This document shows positions 21,028 through 33,834 of a DNA stretch of 64,000 nt, piece by piece (the stretch's first letter is position 1; every line of letters begins with the position of its first letter). Source of the stretch: Microbacteriaceae bacterium (GTDB lineage: Bacteria > Actinomycetota > Actinomycetes > Actinomycetales > Microbacteriaceae); NCBI GenBank assembly GCA_039922875.1, contig JBDTDV010000067.1:16840-80839 (forward strand), given 5' to 3'. Below the pieces are notes generated by a model that was given only the letters and a program-made list of their open reading frames with translations, ran no database searches and was not told where the DNA came from. The position numbers and the translations under genes are program-made.

Positions 21028-23094
21028 ATGGAAGCAACCCGCGCCGTTCACCGCTTCGAGGTCATCAGCGACTACACGCCCAGCGGGGATCAGCCGACCG
21101 CGATTGCCGACCTGGCCGCCCGGATCAACGCAGGCGAGACCAACGTCGTGCTCCTCGGCGCCACCGGCACCGGCAAATCGGCCACCACCGCGTGGTTGAT
21201 CGAGGCGGTTCAGCGGCCGACCCTGGTGCTCTCGCACAACAAGACGCTCGCGGCGCAGCTCGCGAACGAGTTCCGGGAGCTGATGCCGCGCAACGCAGTC
21301 GAGTATTTCGTGTCGTACTACGACTACTACCAGCCCGAAGCCTACGTTCCACAGACCGACACCTTCATCGAGAAGGACTCGTCGATCAACTCGGAGGTCG
21401 AGCGGCTGAGGCACTCCACCACGAACTCGCTGCTGAGCCGGCGTGACGTCGTGGTCGTCTCAACGGTGTCCTGCATCTACGGTCTGGGGGCAGCCGAAGA
21501 GTACCTCGACGCGATGGTGGCGATCCAGGTAGGCCAACGGATCAGTCGGGACCAGCTGATCCGGGGCTTCGTGGCTATGCAGTACCAGCGCAACGACGTC
21601 GATTTCTCCCGCGGAAAATTCCGGGTCAGAGGCGACACCGTCGAGATCATCCCGATGTATGAGGAACACGCGATCCGGATCGAGATGTTCGGCGATGAGG
21701 TCGAGGCGCTGTATGCCCTGCATCCGCTGACCGGCGAAGTCCTCAAGCGACTGGAGGCGGTGTCGGTATTCCCGGCCACCCACTACGCGGCCAGCCCCGA
21801 GACGATGAAGCGCGCGATCGGAACAATCAAAATCGAACTGGCGGAACGCCTGGAGGAGCTCGAGCGGCAAAACAAGCTCTTGGAGGCCCAGCGGCTGAGG
21901 ATGCGCACCACGTTCGACTTGGAGATGATGGAACAGATCGGATTCTGCTCCGGAATCGAGAACTACTCCAGACACATCGACGGCCGGCAGCCCGGCGAAG
22001 CCCCGCACTGTCTGCTGGACTACTTCCCAGACGATTTCCTGGTGGTGATCGACGAATCCCACGTCACGGTTCCCCAAATCGGCGCGATGTACGAGGGCGA
22101 CTCCTCCCGAAAGCGCACCCTGGTGGAACACGGTTTCCGGCTGCCCAGCGCGCTGGACAACAGGCCGCTGAAGTGGAACGAGTTCACCGATCGGATCGGC
22201 CAAACCGTTTATCTCTCGGCCACGCCTGGCAAATACGAGATGGGTATCGCCGACGGGGTGGTGGAGCAGATCATCCGCCCGACCGGGCTGATCGACCCGG
22301 AAATCGTCGTCAAGCCGACCAAGGGCCAGATCGACGATCTGCTTGAGGAGATCAGGCTGCGCGCAGAGCGCAACGAACGCGTGCTGGTCACGACCCTGAC
22401 CAAGAAGATGGCCGAGGAGCTGACCGACTTCTTGGCCAATGCCGGCGTCCGGGTCCGTTATTTGCACTCGGATGTCGATACGTTGCGCCGGGTCGAACTG
22501 CTCACCGAGCTGCGCGCCGGGGTGTACGACGTGTTGGTCGGGATCAATCTGCTTCGCGAGGGACTCGACCTGCCCGAGGTGTCCCTGGTGGCAATCCTGG
22601 ATGCCGACAAGGAAGGCTTCCTGCGCTCATCCACATCGCTGATCCAGACGATCGGCCGCGCCGCCCGCAATGTCTCGGGCCAGGTGCATATGTATGCCGA
22701 CCGGGTCACCGACTCCATGCGACGCGCTATCGACGAGACGAATCGCCGGAGGCAGAAGCAAGTCGACTACAACACCGAGCACGGCATCGATCCGACCCCG
22801 CTGCGCAAGCGGATTGCCGACATCACGGACATCCTGATTCGCGAGGGCGCCGATACCGCGGCGATGCTGGCCGGGCGGGATCAGCGTAAGAAGAGCCCGG
22901 TACCGTATCTGCGCCGGGAAGGGATCGCAGCGGCCGGCGGCAATGAGCTAGAAGCGCTGATCGCCGATCTCAACGGTCAAATGCTCGAAGCAGCCGGGGA
23001 ACTCAAGTTCGAACTCGCCGCCCGGCTGCGGGACGAGCTGGCCGATCTGAAACGCGAGCTGCGCCAAATGGAGAAGGCGGGCCACCTCCGCTGA
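21028..23094 (+). CDS. uvrB: Excinuclease ABC subunit B
   Basis: Internal ATG 21028 ([23 protein letters not shown]). [12 protein letters not shown] and C-terminal UVR domain ([17 protein letters not shown]). Confidence 0.97.
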   Translation: MEATRAVHRFEVISDYTPSGDQPTAIADLAARINAGETNVVLLGATGTGKSATTAWLIEAVQRPTLVLSHNKTLAAQLANEFRELMPRNAVEYFVSYYDYYQPEAYVPQTDTFIEKDSSINSEVERLRHSTTNSLLSRRDVVVVSTVSCIYGLGAAEEYLDAMVAIQVGQRISRDQLIRGFVAMQYQRNDVDFSRGKFRVRGDTVEIIPMYEEHAIRIEMFGDEVEALYALHPLTGEVLKRLEAVSVFPATHYAASPETMKRAIGTIKIELAERLEELERQNKLLEAQRLRMRTTFDLEMMEQIGFCSGIENYSRHIDGRQPGEAPHCLLDYFPDDFLVVIDESHVTVPQIGAMYEGDSSRKRTLVEHGFRLPSALDNRPLKWNEFTDRIGQTVYLSATPGKYEMGIADGVVEQIIRPTGLIDPEIVVKPTKGQIDDLLEEIRLRAERNERVLVTTLTKKMAEELTDFLANAGVRVRYLHSDVDTLRRVELLTELRAGVYDVLVGINLLREGLDLPEVSLVAILDADKEGFLRSSTSLIQTIGRAARNVSGQVHMYADRVTDSMRRAIDETNRRRQKQVDYNTEHGIDPTPLRKRIADITDILIREGADTAAMLAGRDQRKKSPVPYLRREGIAAAGGNELEALIADLNGQMLEAAGELKFELAARLRDELADLKRELRQMEKAGHLR

Positions 23095-23108
23095 TACCGC
23101 TTCAGCGG
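23088..23108 (+). terminator. Weak hairpin spanning the uvrB stop codon
   Basis: CCGCTGA-taccgct-TCAGCGG. 7-bp stem, no U-tract. Confidence 0.3.
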
Positions 23109-23165
23109 TCGAGGGATCCATTTGTGATCTCAGCGCGCGCCCGTGCGAATCCGCCCGCACCCGAA

Positions 23166-23187
23166 TGTCAGCGGGCCTGCATAGACT
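23166..23187 (+). promoter_or_regulatory. RecA-NDp/PafBC-type promoter of uvrA (TGTCA-N11-TAGACT)
   Basis: TGTCAgcgggcctgcaTAGACT, with GTG 23194 lying 6 nt after the -10. Confidence 0.55.
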
Positions 23188-23193
23188 TCTCTG

Positions 23194-26085
23194 GTGTCAG
23201 TTTCTCCTGTAAAGTCCGAGGCAAAGCTCAGCGTGCGCGGCGCTCGAGTGCATAATTTGCACAACATCGATCTCGAAATCCCGCGGGATGCGTTGATCGT
23301 GTTCACCGGCCTTTCCGGTTCTGGCAAGTCGTCACTGGCGTTCGACACGATCTTCGCCGAGGGCCAGCGTCGCTACGTGGAATCCCTGTCCGCCTATGCC
23401 AGGCAGTTCCTGGGCCAGGTCGACCGCCCGGATGTTGACTTCATCGAAGGACTGAGCCCGGCCGTCTCGATCGACCAGAAGTCCACGAACCGCAACCCGC
23501 GCTCGACCGTAGGAACGATCACCGAGATCTATGACTACATGCGGCTGCTCTGGGCCAGGATCGGCATTGCGCACTGCCCCGTCTGCGGCGAACCCATCCA
23601 GCGTCAGACAGTGCAGCAGATCGCCGACCAGTTGATGGAGCTCGAAGCCGGGGTGCGCTATCAGGTGGTCAGCCCGGTCATCTCCCAGAAGAAGGGTGAG
23701 TTCGTCGACCTGTTCGCCGAGCTCGCTGCCAGCGGATACTCCCGCGCCCTGGTCGACGGCAAGCAGATCCAGCTCAACGAACCCCCGCTGCTGAAAAAGC
23801 AATATAAGCATGACATTTCCGTCGTCATCGACCGGCTGGTCGCCGGCCCGGAGATCCTCAGCCGATTGACCGACTCCCTGGAAACCGCCCTTCGGTTGAC
23901 CGATGGCCTGGTTCAGATCAACTTCGTCGATCTGGAGGGGCCGGACGCCTGGCGCAACTTCAGCGAGAAGCTCTCCTGCCCGAACAATCACCCGATCCAG
24001 CTCACCGAGATCGAGCCGCGCACCTTCTCGTTCAATGCCCCGTTCGGTGCCTGCCCGGAGTGCTCAGGGCTCGGCACCCGGATGTCCGTCGACGAGGACC
24101 TGCTGCTGGGGGACCCGAGTCAGAGCATCTCGGAAGGCGTCATCCTGCCCTGGACTACCCAGGGTAAGGGCTTGTTCCAGTACTACGAGAAACTGCTCGA
24201 CGGGCTGGCTCGTGACCTCGGCTTCTCCTTGTCCACCCCGTGGTCGAAGCTGAAGCCCGAAGTCAGACACGCCGTGATGCGCGGTGACAATTTCGAGGTC
24301 AAGGTCAAATGGCGCAACCGATACGGCCGCGAGATGAGCTACACCTCCGGGTTTGAGGGTGTCGTGCCGTACATCGAACGGCAGTTTGTACAGGCCGAGA
24401 CCGACACCCAGCGCCAGCGCTGGGCCGAATACCTCCGCGAGGTGCCGTGTTCGGTTTGCCATGGCAAGCGCCTGAAACCTGAGGTCTTGGCGGTGCTGGT
24501 GCATGAACGCAGCATTGCCGACGTCGCGGAGTTGAGCATGACGGATGCGCGTGCCTTCATGGACAAGCTGGAGCTCACCGAGCGGGAGCAGAAGATCGGC
24601 GCTCAGGTACTGCGGGAGATCAAGGTCAGGCTGGACTTCCTGATCCAGGTCGGTCTGAACTACCTCAATCTGGCGCGGGCCGCGGCGACACTGTCCGGAG
24701 GCGAGGCGCAGCGGATCCGGCTGGCCACCCAGATCGGTTCCGGACTCACCGGCGTCTTGTATGTACTTGACGAACCGAGTATCGGCCTGCACCAGCGAGA
24801 CAACCATCGCCTGATCCAGACCCTGATCGCCCTGCGCGACCTCGGCAACACCCTGATCGTGGTCGAACATGATGAAGACACCATCAGAACCGCCGACTGG
24901 ATCGTCGATATCGGTCCAGGTGCCGGCGTGAACGGCGGCCGAGTGGTGCACTCCGGTACCTATGAAGACCTGTTGCCCAACACTGAATCGCTGACCGCCG
25001 ACTACCTTTCCGGCCGCAAATCCATCCCGATACCGGAGCACCGAAGGCCGGTGGACCCGCAGCGCCAGATCAGGGTGACCGGCGCCAGGGCCAACAACCT
25101 GAAGAACGTGACCGTCGACTTTCCGCTCGGCACCTTCGTCGCGGTCACCGGGGTCAGCGGATCCGGGAAGTCGTCTTTGGTCAACGACATCCTGTACCGG
25201 GTCCTGGCCAACCGGTTGAACGGAGCCAGGAAGCTTCCCGGAAAGCACGGCACCGTTACTGGTCTCGAAAACCTGGATAAGGTCATCCACGTCGACCAGG
25301 CGCCGATCGGTCGCACTCCGCGCTCGAACCCAGCCACCTACACCGGCGTGTTTGATCGGATCCGCACCCTGTTCTCGGAAACCATGGAGGCAAAGTCCCG
25401 AGGCTACCTACCCGGCCGATTCAGCTTCAACGTCAAGGGCGGCCGTTGCGAGGCGTGCTCCGGCGATGGCACGCTGAAGATCGAGATGAATTTTCTGCCG
25501 GACGTCTATGTGGCATGCGAGGTGTGCGGGGGAGCGCGGTACAACCGGGACACGCTGTCCATCCACTACAAGGGCAAGAATATCGCCGAGGTGCTCGACA
25601 TGCCGATCGTGGAAGCATCCGAGTTCTTTGAGCCGATCTCGGCGATCCACCGCTATCTGAAGACTCTGGTGGATGTGGGTCTCGGTTACGTACGGCTGGG
25701 TCAGAGCGCGACGACGCTCTCCGGCGGCGAGGCACAGCGGGTGAAGCTGGCCACCGAGTTGCAGCGTCGCTCGAATGGGCGCAGCGTCTACGTTCTGGAC
25801 GAGCCGACGACCGGCCTGCATTTTGAAGACGTGCGTAAGCTCCTGCTGGTCCTAGGCGCCCTCCTCGACAAGGGCAACACGGTGATCGTCATCGAGCACA
25901 ATCTCGATGTGATCAAGTCGGCGGACTGGATAATCGACCTCGGCCCCGAGGGCGGTGCGAAGGGCGGCAAGGTCATCGCAACCGGAACGCCCGAGCAGGT
26001 CGCCACGATGAGGAAAAGCTACACCGGCCTGTTCCTCAGGCAGGTTCTGGCCGAGGAACGTCCACAAGCCGCCTTGGCCGGTTAG
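23194..26085 (+). CDS. uvrA: Excinuclease ABC subunit A
   Basis: 963 aa. Two ABC ATPase modules ([18 protein letters not shown], two LSGGEAQR signatures) and zinc-finger cysteines. Confidence 0.97.
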   Translation: MSVSPVKSEAKLSVRGARVHNLHNIDLEIPRDALIVFTGLSGSGKSSLAFDTIFAEGQRRYVESLSAYARQFLGQVDRPDVDFIEGLSPAVSIDQKSTNRNPRSTVGTITEIYDYMRLLWARIGIAHCPVCGEPIQRQTVQQIADQLMELEAGVRYQVVSPVISQKKGEFVDLFAELAASGYSRALVDGKQIQLNEPPLLKKQYKHDISVVIDRLVAGPEILSRLTDSLETALRLTDGLVQINFVDLEGPDAWRNFSEKLSCPNNHPIQLTEIEPRTFSFNAPFGACPECSGLGTRMSVDEDLLLGDPSQSISEGVILPWTTQGKGLFQYYEKLLDGLARDLGFSLSTPWSKLKPEVRHAVMRGDNFEVKVKWRNRYGREMSYTSGFEGVVPYIERQFVQAETDTQRQRWAEYLREVPCSVCHGKRLKPEVLAVLVHERSIADVAELSMTDARAFMDKLELTEREQKIGAQVLREIKVRLDFLIQVGLNYLNLARAAATLSGGEAQRIRLATQIGSGLTGVLYVLDEPSIGLHQRDNHRLIQTLIALRDLGNTLIVVEHDEDTIRTADWIVDIGPGAGVNGGRVVHSGTYEDLLPNTESLTADYLSGRKSIPIPEHRRPVDPQRQIRVTGARANNLKNVTVDFPLGTFVAVTGVSGSGKSSLVNDILYRVLANRLNGARKLPGKHGTVTGLENLDKVIHVDQAPIGRTPRSNPATYTGVFDRIRTLFSETMEAKSRGYLPGRFSFNVKGGRCEACSGDGTLKIEMNFLPDVYVACEVCGGARYNRDTLSIHYKGKNIAEVLDMPIVEASEFFEPISAIHRYLKTLVDVGLGYVRLGQSATTLSGGEAQRVKLATELQRRSNGRSVYVLDEPTTGLHFEDVRKLLLVLGALLDKGNTVIVIEHNLDVIKSADWIIDLGPEGGAKGGKVIATGTPEQVATMRKSYTGLFLRQVLAEERPQAALAG

Positions 26086-26106
26086 CGGCCGAGACCTCAG
26101 ACAACT

Positions 26107-28038
26107 ATGTCGGATTCACTCAGCTACCGGCCCAAGACCGGAGAGATCCCCACCCAGCCAGGTGTTTATAGGTTCCGGGATGCCACCGGGCGCATCCTTT
26201 ACGTCGGCAAGGCGAAGAACCTGCGGGCCAGGCTGAGCAACTATTTCGCGCCGCTGCCCAGCCTGCACGAGCGCACCCGGAAGATGGTCACCACCGCGGC
26301 ATCGGTCGAATGGACCGTGGTCGGTAACGAGTACGAGGCGCTGCAGCTGGAGTTCACCTGGATCAAGGAGTTCGACCCGCCGTTCAACGTGCAGTTCCGG
26401 GACGACAAAACCTACCCGTATTTGGTGGTTACCCTTGGCGAGGATGTTCCGCGGGTCGCGGTGACTCGGAACCGGAAGATCTCCGGAGCTCGGTATTTCG
26501 GACCGTACACCAAGGTCTGGGCGATCCGGGAGACCCTTGACCTGGTCTTGAAGGCCATCCCGATGCGCAGCTGCTCTGACGGGGTGTACCGCAGGGCGGA
26601 ACTGACCGGGCGGCCCTGTCTGCTCGGCGACATCGGGAAATGCGTGGCACCCTGTGTCGGCAGGGTGACCAAGGCCGAACACCGGGCGGTCGCCGAGGAC
26701 TTCGTCTCCTTCATGGCAGGCAACGACACCTCGCATATCCGCGCCATTACCCAGAAAATGGCCCAGGCCGCCGCGACACAGGATTATGAGTCGGCGGCCA
26801 GGTATCGGGACAGCATCGCAGCGCTGAAAGCGGCAATGGAGAAGACCGCGGTCGTGCTGCCCGCGAACGTCGACGCCGACGTGTTCGGTATCGCGGACGA
26901 TGAACTCGCCGCGGCGGTTCAGCAGTTCATCGTGCGTGGCGGCAGAATCAGGGGCGTCCGCGGCTGGGTGGTGGACAAGGAGCTCGACCTCCCGCTGCAG
27001 GAGTTGGTCGAAACGGTGCTGCAGTACGCCTACGACACCGAAAACGCTCCGCCGCGGGAGGTTATCGTCCCGGTGCTGCCCGAGGCGGCCGCAGACCTGC
27101 AGGTCTGGCTAACCGAACGGCGCCATGAGGCCTCGGCCGCGGCCAATGTCGGCCGGGTCAACCTGAAGGTCGCGCATCGAGGCGAGAAGGCCGCCCTGGC
27201 GCGCACCGTCGAACTCAACGCTAAGCAGGCGCTCAAGCTGTACAAGACCCGCCGCAGCTCTGATTTCGTGGCACGATCCCAGGCCCTGACGGATATCCGG
27301 GATGCCCTCGGCATGACAGAGGCCCCGCTGCGGATGGAATGCTTCGATGTCTCGCACCTGGGCGGTACGAACATCGTCGCGTCGATGGTTGTCTTCGAAG
27401 ATGGCTTACCCCGCAAGGACCAATACCGGCGCTTCACCGTGCCGGACTCCACAGACGACACCGACTCGATCTACCAAGTCCTCGCCAGACGGCTGGCCTA
27501 CCTGGCGCCGCAGGGGCCGCAGGCGGAACAGGTGGCACAGGCGGCCGCTCCTGGATCTGCCGACTCGTCGTCGGGCTCGGGGACCGAGACCCACAAGAAG
27601 TTCGCGTATCCGCCTAATCTCCTCATCGTCGACGGTGGTCAGCCGCAGGTCCAGGCCGCGTACCGCGCGCTGACCACCTCGGGCGTACAGGGCATCCAGT
27701 TGTGCGGTATCGCCAAGCGGCTCGAGGAGATCTGGCTTCCCGGCTCGGACTACCCGGTGATCCTGCCCCGCAACAGCGACGCCCTGTTCATGATCCAACG
27801 CATCCGGGACGAGGCACACCGGTTCGCCATCACCCACCAGCGCAGCCGACGCAAGCGGGATATCGCCTCCGTACTCGGCGAGATCCAGGGCCTCGGCCCG
27901 GCCCGGGTGGCCGAGCTGCTGCGGCACTTCGGCTCTGTCGCCCAGTTGCGCAAAGCCTCGGTCGAGCAGATCATCCAGGTAAAGGGCGTGGGACCGGCCT
28001 TGGCCGCCGCCATCCACGATGGGCTCGCAAATAGGTAG
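26107..28038 (+). CDS. uvrC: Excinuclease ABC subunit C
   Basis: 643 aa. GIY-YIG N-terminus ([18 protein letters not shown]), UVR domain and C-terminal HhH. Confidence 0.95.
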   Translation: MSDSLSYRPKTGEIPTQPGVYRFRDATGRILYVGKAKNLRARLSNYFAPLPSLHERTRKMVTTAASVEWTVVGNEYEALQLEFTWIKEFDPPFNVQFRDDKTYPYLVVTLGEDVPRVAVTRNRKISGARYFGPYTKVWAIRETLDLVLKAIPMRSCSDGVYRRAELTGRPCLLGDIGKCVAPCVGRVTKAEHRAVAEDFVSFMAGNDTSHIRAITQKMAQAAATQDYESAARYRDSIAALKAAMEKTAVVLPANVDADVFGIADDELAAAVQQFIVRGGRIRGVRGWVVDKELDLPLQELVETVLQYAYDTENAPPREVIVPVLPEAAADLQVWLTERRHEASAAANVGRVNLKVAHRGEKAALARTVELNAKQALKLYKTRRSSDFVARSQALTDIRDALGMTEAPLRMECFDVSHLGGTNIVASMVVFEDGLPRKDQYRRFTVPDSTDDTDSIYQVLARRLAYLAPQGPQAEQVAQAAAPGSADSSSGSGTETHKKFAYPPNLLIVDGGQPQVQAAYRALTTSGVQGIQLCGIAKRLEEIWLPGSDYPVILPRNSDALFMIQRIRDEAHRFAITHQRSRRKRDIASVLGEIQGLGPARVAELLRHFGSVAQLRKASVEQIIQVKGVGPALAAAIHDGLANR

Positions 28039-28083
28039 GCTGGGTCAACACAGAACACCGGCCCAGAGCAAAGGCACAGCACC

Positions 28084-28959
28084 ATGACGACGGAGTCCGA
28101 TCAGCAGGAGGTGCTGATCGTCACGGGAATGTCCGGTGCCGGTCGTTCCACTGTCGCCAATGCCCTCGAGGACCTGGACTGGTACGTGGTGGATAATCTG
28201 CCTCCGCAGATGTTGCGGCCCCTGGTTGACCTCGCCGGGCGAGCCGGCGCGAAGCTGCCCCGGATCGCCGCGGTCGTCGACATCCGTGGCCGGAACTTCT
28301 TCTCCGATCTGCAGGCGATGATCCCTTCGCTAAAAAAGGGAACCCACCTTCGGGTCGTGTTCTTGGAGGCCACCGACGCGGTTCTGGTGCGCCGTTTCGA
28401 GTCCGTCCGTCGACCACACCCGTTGCAGGGCGATGGCACACTGCTCGACGGGATAGAGGCGGAACGGGAGCGGCTGCAGGGGGTGCGCGACTCCAGCGAC
28501 CTGATCATCGACACCTCGGAACTGAACATCCACCAGTTGGCGACCACAATTACCGAAACATTCGCCACCGAGGATACCGCCGGGGTCCAGGTGACGATTC
28601 TCAGTTTCGGCTTCAAGTACGGGCTGCCCGCTGATGCGGACCTGGTCGCTGACGCCAGGTTCCTGCCGAACCCGTTCTGGATCCCGGAATTGCGCAATCA
28701 CACCGGCCTGGATTACGAGGTCAAGAATTTCGTGATGGGGCAACCCGGTGCTGCAGAGTTCATCGACGGCTATGCTCGCGCACTGGAGCCGGTGCTGGCC
28801 GGTTACCAGCGGGAAAACAAGCGTCACGCCACGATCGCTGTAGGCTGCACCGGGGGGAAACACCGTTCCGTCGCCCTCGCCGACGAATTGGCCGGCCGAC
28901 TGGAACGATTGCCCGGCGTGGTCGTCAATGTGAAGAACCGCGATCTGGGCCGCGAATAG
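28084..28959 (+). CDS. rapZ: RNase adapter / nucleotide-binding protein RapZ (YvcJ)
   Basis: 291 aa. GMSGAGRST P-loop and C-terminal GCTGGKHRSV motif. Confidence 0.9.
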   Translation: MTTESDQQEVLIVTGMSGAGRSTVANALEDLDWYVVDNLPPQMLRPLVDLAGRAGAKLPRIAAVVDIRGRNFFSDLQAMIPSLKKGTHLRVVFLEATDAVLVRRFESVRRPHPLQGDGTLLDGIEAERERLQGVRDSSDLIIDTSELNIHQLATTITETFATEDTAGVQVTILSFGFKYGLPADADLVADARFLPNPFWIPELRNHTGLDYEVKNFVMGQPGAAEFIDGYARALEPVLAGYQRENKRHATIAVGCTGGKHRSVALADELAGRLERLPGVVVNVKNRDLGRE

Positions 28960-29011
28960 CCTAGACAGCGGTGGCCGCTGTGCGGCCGAATGAGAAGGTA
29001 GGACAAGTTCA

Positions 29012-29989
29012 GTGGCACTCACCGCCGACGTCAAAGAAGAGTTATCCCGAGTCGAGGTCAGCAAGACAACGGTGCGCGCCGCCGAGCTGGCCACGATCCT
29101 GCGGTTCTCCGGCGGTCTACACATGATCTCCGGCAGGATAGCGGTGGAAAGCGAGCTTGACACCGCAGAACTTGCGCTTCGGGTACGCAAGGATCTCACC
29201 GACCTGTATGGCGTGAAGAGCAATGTTTCGGTGGTGTCGGCGTCCGGTCTGCGCCGGACCAGCCACTATCTGGTCCGAGTTCTGGACGGCGGGGAGACCC
29301 TGGCCAGGCAGACAGGGCTGCTCGACGCCCGCCGCCGAGCGATCCGCGGCCTGCCGAATCGGCTGACCACCGGTGCGAAGGATGAACTCGGCGGAGTGTG
29401 GCGCGGCGCATTTCTGGCGCACGGCTCCCTGACCGACCCGGGCCGTTCCGCCGCGCTGGAGATCACCTGCCCCGGGAACGAGGCGGCGATGGCCCTGGTC
29501 GGTGCGGCCGGGCGGCTAGGAGTTTCGGCGAAGGCGCGAGAGGTTCGCGGCGTGCATCGGGTGGTCATCCGTGACGGCGATGCGATCGCCGCGATGCTGG
29601 TGCACATGGGTGCGAGGGTCAGTGCGACCAATTGGGACGAACTACGCCAACGACGCGAGGTTCGCGCCACCGCCAATCGCCTGGTGAACTTCGACGATGC
29701 CAACTTGCGGCGCTCGGCGCAGGCCGCCGTGGCGGCCTGCGCCAGAGTCGAGCGGGCCATGGAGATTCTCGGCGAAGACGTGCCGGATCATCTGCGTTAC
29801 GCGGGGGAGTTGCGGTTGAGGTTCCGGGACTCCAGCCTCGACGAGCTCGGCCACCACGCTGATCCGCCGATGACCAAGGATGCTGTCGCCGGCCGGATCC
29901 GACGGCTGCTGGCGATGGCCGACAAGCGCGCCGTGGAGCTCGGTCTGCCCGGAACCGATGCGAATCTGCCGCCAGACCTCGACGATTGA
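29012..29989 (+). CDS. whiA: DNA-binding protein WhiA
   Basis: 325 aa. [13 protein letters not shown]-terminus, LAGLIDADG-like domains and C-terminal HTH. GTG start. Confidence 0.95.
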   Translation: MALTADVKEELSRVEVSKTTVRAAELATILRFSGGLHMISGRIAVESELDTAELALRVRKDLTDLYGVKSNVSVVSASGLRRTSHYLVRVLDGGETLARQTGLLDARRRAIRGLPNRLTTGAKDELGGVWRGAFLAHGSLTDPGRSAALEITCPGNEAAMALVGAAGRLGVSAKAREVRGVHRVVIRDGDAIAAMLVHMGARVSATNWDELRQRREVRATANRLVNFDDANLRRSAQAAVAACARVERAMEILGEDVPDHLRYAGELRLRFRDSSLDELGHHADPPMTKDAVAGRIRRLLAMADKRAVELGLPGTDANLPPDLDD

Positions 29990-30022
29990 GGCAGATGAGT
30001 AGACTGAAATCGTCGCTCAAAA

Positions 30023-30047
30023 CCGGGCGCGGCCTCTTCGCGCCCGG
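30023..30047 (+). terminator. Stem-loop after whiA
   Basis: 9-bp stem CCGGGCGCG / CGCGCCCGG with a 7-nt loop. An A-run lies upstream and there is no downstream U-run on the + strand. Confidence 0.45.
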
Positions 30048-30068
30048 GCATCTAACGAGGAGATAAGC

Positions 30069-30695
30069 ATGGCTGATTACACACTCGCCGAACTTCCCTA
30101 TGACTACTCGGCTTTGGAGCCGAGCATCAGCGGGACGATCATGGAACTGCACCACGACAAGCATCACAAGGGCTATGTCGATGGTGCCAACACCGCGCTG
30201 ACCAAGTTGGCCGAGGCCCGGGACACCGACAACCTCGCCAACATCAACAAGTTGCAGAAGGACCTGGCGTTCAACCTGGCCGGCCACGTCAACCACTCGG
30301 TCTTCTGGAACAACCTGTCTCCGGACGGTGGCGACAAGCCCACCGGTGAGCTCGGCGCCGCAATCGACGAGTTCTTCGGTTCGTTTGACAAGTTCCGGGC
30401 CCACTTCACCGCGTCGGCACTGGGCATTCAGGGCTCCGGCTGGTCGATCCTGGCCTGGGACTCACTGGGTCGGAAGCTGATTATCGAGCAGCTGTACGAT
30501 CACCAGGGCAACCTCGCAACCGCCAGCATTCCGCTGCTGATGCTCGACATGTGGGAGCACGCCTTCTATCTGGACTACCGCAATGTGAAGGCCGATTATG
30601 TCAAGGCGTTCTGGAACGTAACCAACTGGGCGGACGTGAACAAGCGCTTCGAGACCGCTCGTGAAAAGACCTCGGGGCTGCTGCTACTGTCGTAG
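30069..30695 (+). CDS. sodA: Superoxide dismutase (Mn/Fe)
   Basis: 208 aa. [16 protein letters not shown] and [11 protein letters not shown] motifs. Confidence 0.95.
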   Translation: MADYTLAELPYDYSALEPSISGTIMELHHDKHHKGYVDGANTALTKLAEARDTDNLANINKLQKDLAFNLAGHVNHSVFWNNLSPDGGDKPTGELGAAIDEFFGSFDKFRAHFTASALGIQGSGWSILAWDSLGRKLIIEQLYDHQGNLATASIPLLMLDMWEHAFYLDYRNVKADYVKAFWNVTNWADVNKRFETAREKTSGLLLLS

Positions 30696-30704
30696 CGGAA
30701 GCGG

Positions 30705-30727
30705 TGCCCCGGCGACCCGGCGGGGCA
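30705..30727 (+). terminator. Hairpin after sodA
   Basis: TGCCCCG-gcgacccgg-CGGGGCA. 7-bp GC stem, no U-tract. Confidence 0.35.
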
Positions 30728-30775
30728 TCCACCCCTTCTCCATCTCCCACCACCCCGGCGCTAGACGGCGCCTGA

Positions 30776-31798
<1,023 letters not shown>

Positions 31799-31808
31799 CC
31801 GGCATTCA

Positions 31809-33026
31809 GTGACGCTCCGCACCCTCGAATCGCTCGGCTCCCTGGCCGGGGCTCGCGTCGTCATCCGATGTGATCTCAATGTTCCGTTGCGCGACGGCAA
31901 GATCGCCGATGACGGCCGGATCCGCGCCTCGCTGCCGACGCTCAACGCCGTGATCAACCAGGGTGCCAAGGTGATCATTGTTTCGCACCTCGGCCGCCCC
32001 GGTGGTTCCCCAGACTCCCAATACAGTCTGCAACCGGTCGCCCAACGCCTCAGCGAGCTCCTAGGCAAACCGGTGACCTTCGCCAGCGACACGATCGGGC
32101 AGGGTGCGAAGGATGCCGTGGCAGGGCTGACCGACGGCGAGGTCGCCCTCCTGGAGAACCTCAGGTTCAACGCGGGGGAGACCAGCAAGGACGCTGCCGA
32201 GCGCGCCGCGTTTGCCGGAAAGCTCGCGGCGTTCGGCGATGTGTTCGTCTCGGACGGATTCGGGGTCGTGCACCGCAAGCAGGCTAGTGTCTATGAGCTC
32301 GCCAAGGAGCTCCCGAGCGCCGCAGGGGAACTCATCGCGACCGAACTGGACGTCCTGGAGCGCCTGACCCGGAACCCGGACCGGCCGTACACGGTCGCGC
32401 TGGGTGGCTCAAAGGTCTCCGACAAGCTCGGAGTCATCGACCACCTGCTGCCGCGGGTCGACACCCTGCTGATCGGCGGTGGAATGCTGTTCACCTTCCT
32501 GGCTGCCCAGGGCTTGTCGGTCGGCTCCAGCCTGCTTGAAGAAGACCAGCTGGATATCGTTCGGGAGTATTTGGGCCGCGCCGACGATCTCGGCGTGAAC
32601 ATCATCCTGCCGACCGATGTCGTCGTCGCATCATCATTCGACGCCGCGGCAGAGCATCAGGTGTGCGCCGCGGACGCGATCGAGGACACCCCGTGGGGTT
32701 CCGCGGGCATGGGACTGGATATCGGCCCGGCTACCGGCGCCCGCTTCGCCGAGGTGATTTCGGCATCCCACACGGTGTTCTGGAACGGGCCGATGGGCGT
32801 CTTCGAACTCGCACCGTTCGCTGAGGGTACCCGGGTTGTCGCCGATGCACTGACCGCCGTCGACGGTCTCGCGGTGGTCGGCGGTGGCGATTCAGCCGCG
32901 GCAGTGCATGCGTTGGGCTTCTCAGATGACCAGTTCGGTCACATCTCTACTGGCGGCGGTGCCAGCCTCGAGTTTCTCGAAGGCAAGCGCCTGCCCGGAT
33001 TGGAAGTACTCGGATGGCAGCAGTGA
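31809..33026 (+). CDS. pgk: Phosphoglycerate kinase
   Basis: 405 aa. RCDLNVPL, SHLGRP and STGGGASLE motifs. Confidence 0.97.
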   Translation: MTLRTLESLGSLAGARVVIRCDLNVPLRDGKIADDGRIRASLPTLNAVINQGAKVIIVSHLGRPGGSPDSQYSLQPVAQRLSELLGKPVTFASDTIGQGAKDAVAGLTDGEVALLENLRFNAGETSKDAAERAAFAGKLAAFGDVFVSDGFGVVHRKQASVYELAKELPSAAGELIATELDVLERLTRNPDRPYTVALGGSKVSDKLGVIDHLLPRVDTLLIGGGMLFTFLAAQGLSVGSSLLEEDQLDIVREYLGRADDLGVNIILPTDVVVASSFDAAAEHQVCAADAIEDTPWGSAGMGLDIGPATGARFAEVISASHTVFWNGPMGVFELAPFAEGTRVVADALTAVDGLAVVGGGDSAAAVHALGFSDDQFGHISTGGGASLEFLEGKRLPGLEVLGWQQ

Positions 33027-33805
33027 GCCGCATCCCGCTGATCGCCGGCAACTGGAAGATGAATCTCGATCATCTGCAGGCGATCGCCTTCGTGCAGAAG
33101 CTGGCCTGGACTCTGAAGGAGGCCCGGCACGACGTCGGAGCCGTCGAGGTGGCGGTATTCCCTCCGTTTACCGACATCCGGTCCGTGCAGACGTTGGTCT
33201 CGGCGGACCGGCTGCCGATCACCTTCGGCGCTCAGGATGTCTCCGCGCACGCCTCCGGCGCATTCACCGGCGAGATTTCCGCCGCCTTCCTGGCGAAGCT
33301 GGAATGCCGATACGTCATCGTCGGGCATTCCGAGCGCCGGACTATGCACGGCGAGAGTGATCAGCAGGTCGCGGAGAAGGCCGCCGCGGCGTTGTCCCAC
33401 GGCGTGATCCCGGTGGTCTGCGTAGGCGAGAGTGCCGTGGACCGTGACGAGCACGGGCCCAGCGCCGTCCCAATGGCACAGCTGCGGGCATCGCTGTCCG
33501 GTATTGCCGCCGATGCCGAGATCGTGGTGGCCTACGAGCCGATCTGGGCGATCGGTTCAGGCCAACCGGCGACCCCGGAGCAGGCTGAGGAGGTCGCGGT
33601 CGCCCTTCGGGGGGTGCTGGTCGAGGTGCTTGGCGACGACGCTGCACGACAGACCCGAATTCTGTACGGTGGTTCGGTCAAGGCTGCGAATATCGCGGCA
33701 TTCATGCGGGAGCCCAATCTGGATGGCGCCCTGGTCGGCGGGGCTAGCCTGGACGTGGCGGAGTTCGCCAGCATCGTGCGTTATCAACAACACGTCGGCC
33801 GCTAG
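33014..33805 (+). CDS. tpiA: Triosephosphate isomerase
   Basis: IAGNWKMN, VGHSERR and YEPIWAIGSG motifs. The alternative GTG 33023 would give a GTGA overlap with pgk. Confidence 0.95.
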   Translation: MAAVSRIPLIAGNWKMNLDHLQAIAFVQKLAWTLKEARHDVGAVEVAVFPPFTDIRSVQTLVSADRLPITFGAQDVSAHASGAFTGEISAAFLAKLECRYVIVGHSERRTMHGESDQQVAEKAAAALSHGVIPVVCVGESAVDRDEHGPSAVPMAQLRASLSGIAADAEIVVAYEPIWAIGSGQPATPEQAEEVAVALRGVLVEVLGDDAARQTRILYGGSVKAANIAAFMREPNLDGALVGGASLDVAEFASIVRYQQHVGR

Positions 33806-33834
33806 CCCTGGGGGTCACGTCGCCGCCAGCAAGC

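Noticed and set aside
20940-23193. LexA SOS boxes (TCGAAC-N4-GTTCGA) upstream of uvrB and uvrA
   Set aside because: None is visible in either upstream region. The TGTCR-N11-TAnnnT motif is present instead.
24064-25290. 408-aa ORF antisense to uvrA. Similar cases: 36424-37719 and 37881-39020 antisense to zwf/pgi, 54627-55736 and 55303-56436 around glgC/glgA, 43447-44502 over ctaB/ctaA, and 165-1085 over the esterase.
   Set aside because: All are shadow ORFs inside strongly supported genes and are typical of GC-rich DNA where stop codons are rare. None has a plausible RBS or known motifs.
30023-30047. Hairpin after whiA read as a minus-strand intrinsic terminator, because the T-run is on the minus strand
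   Set aside because: No minus-strand gene ends there. It is more simply a U-tract-less terminator for whiA, as is common in Actinobacteria.
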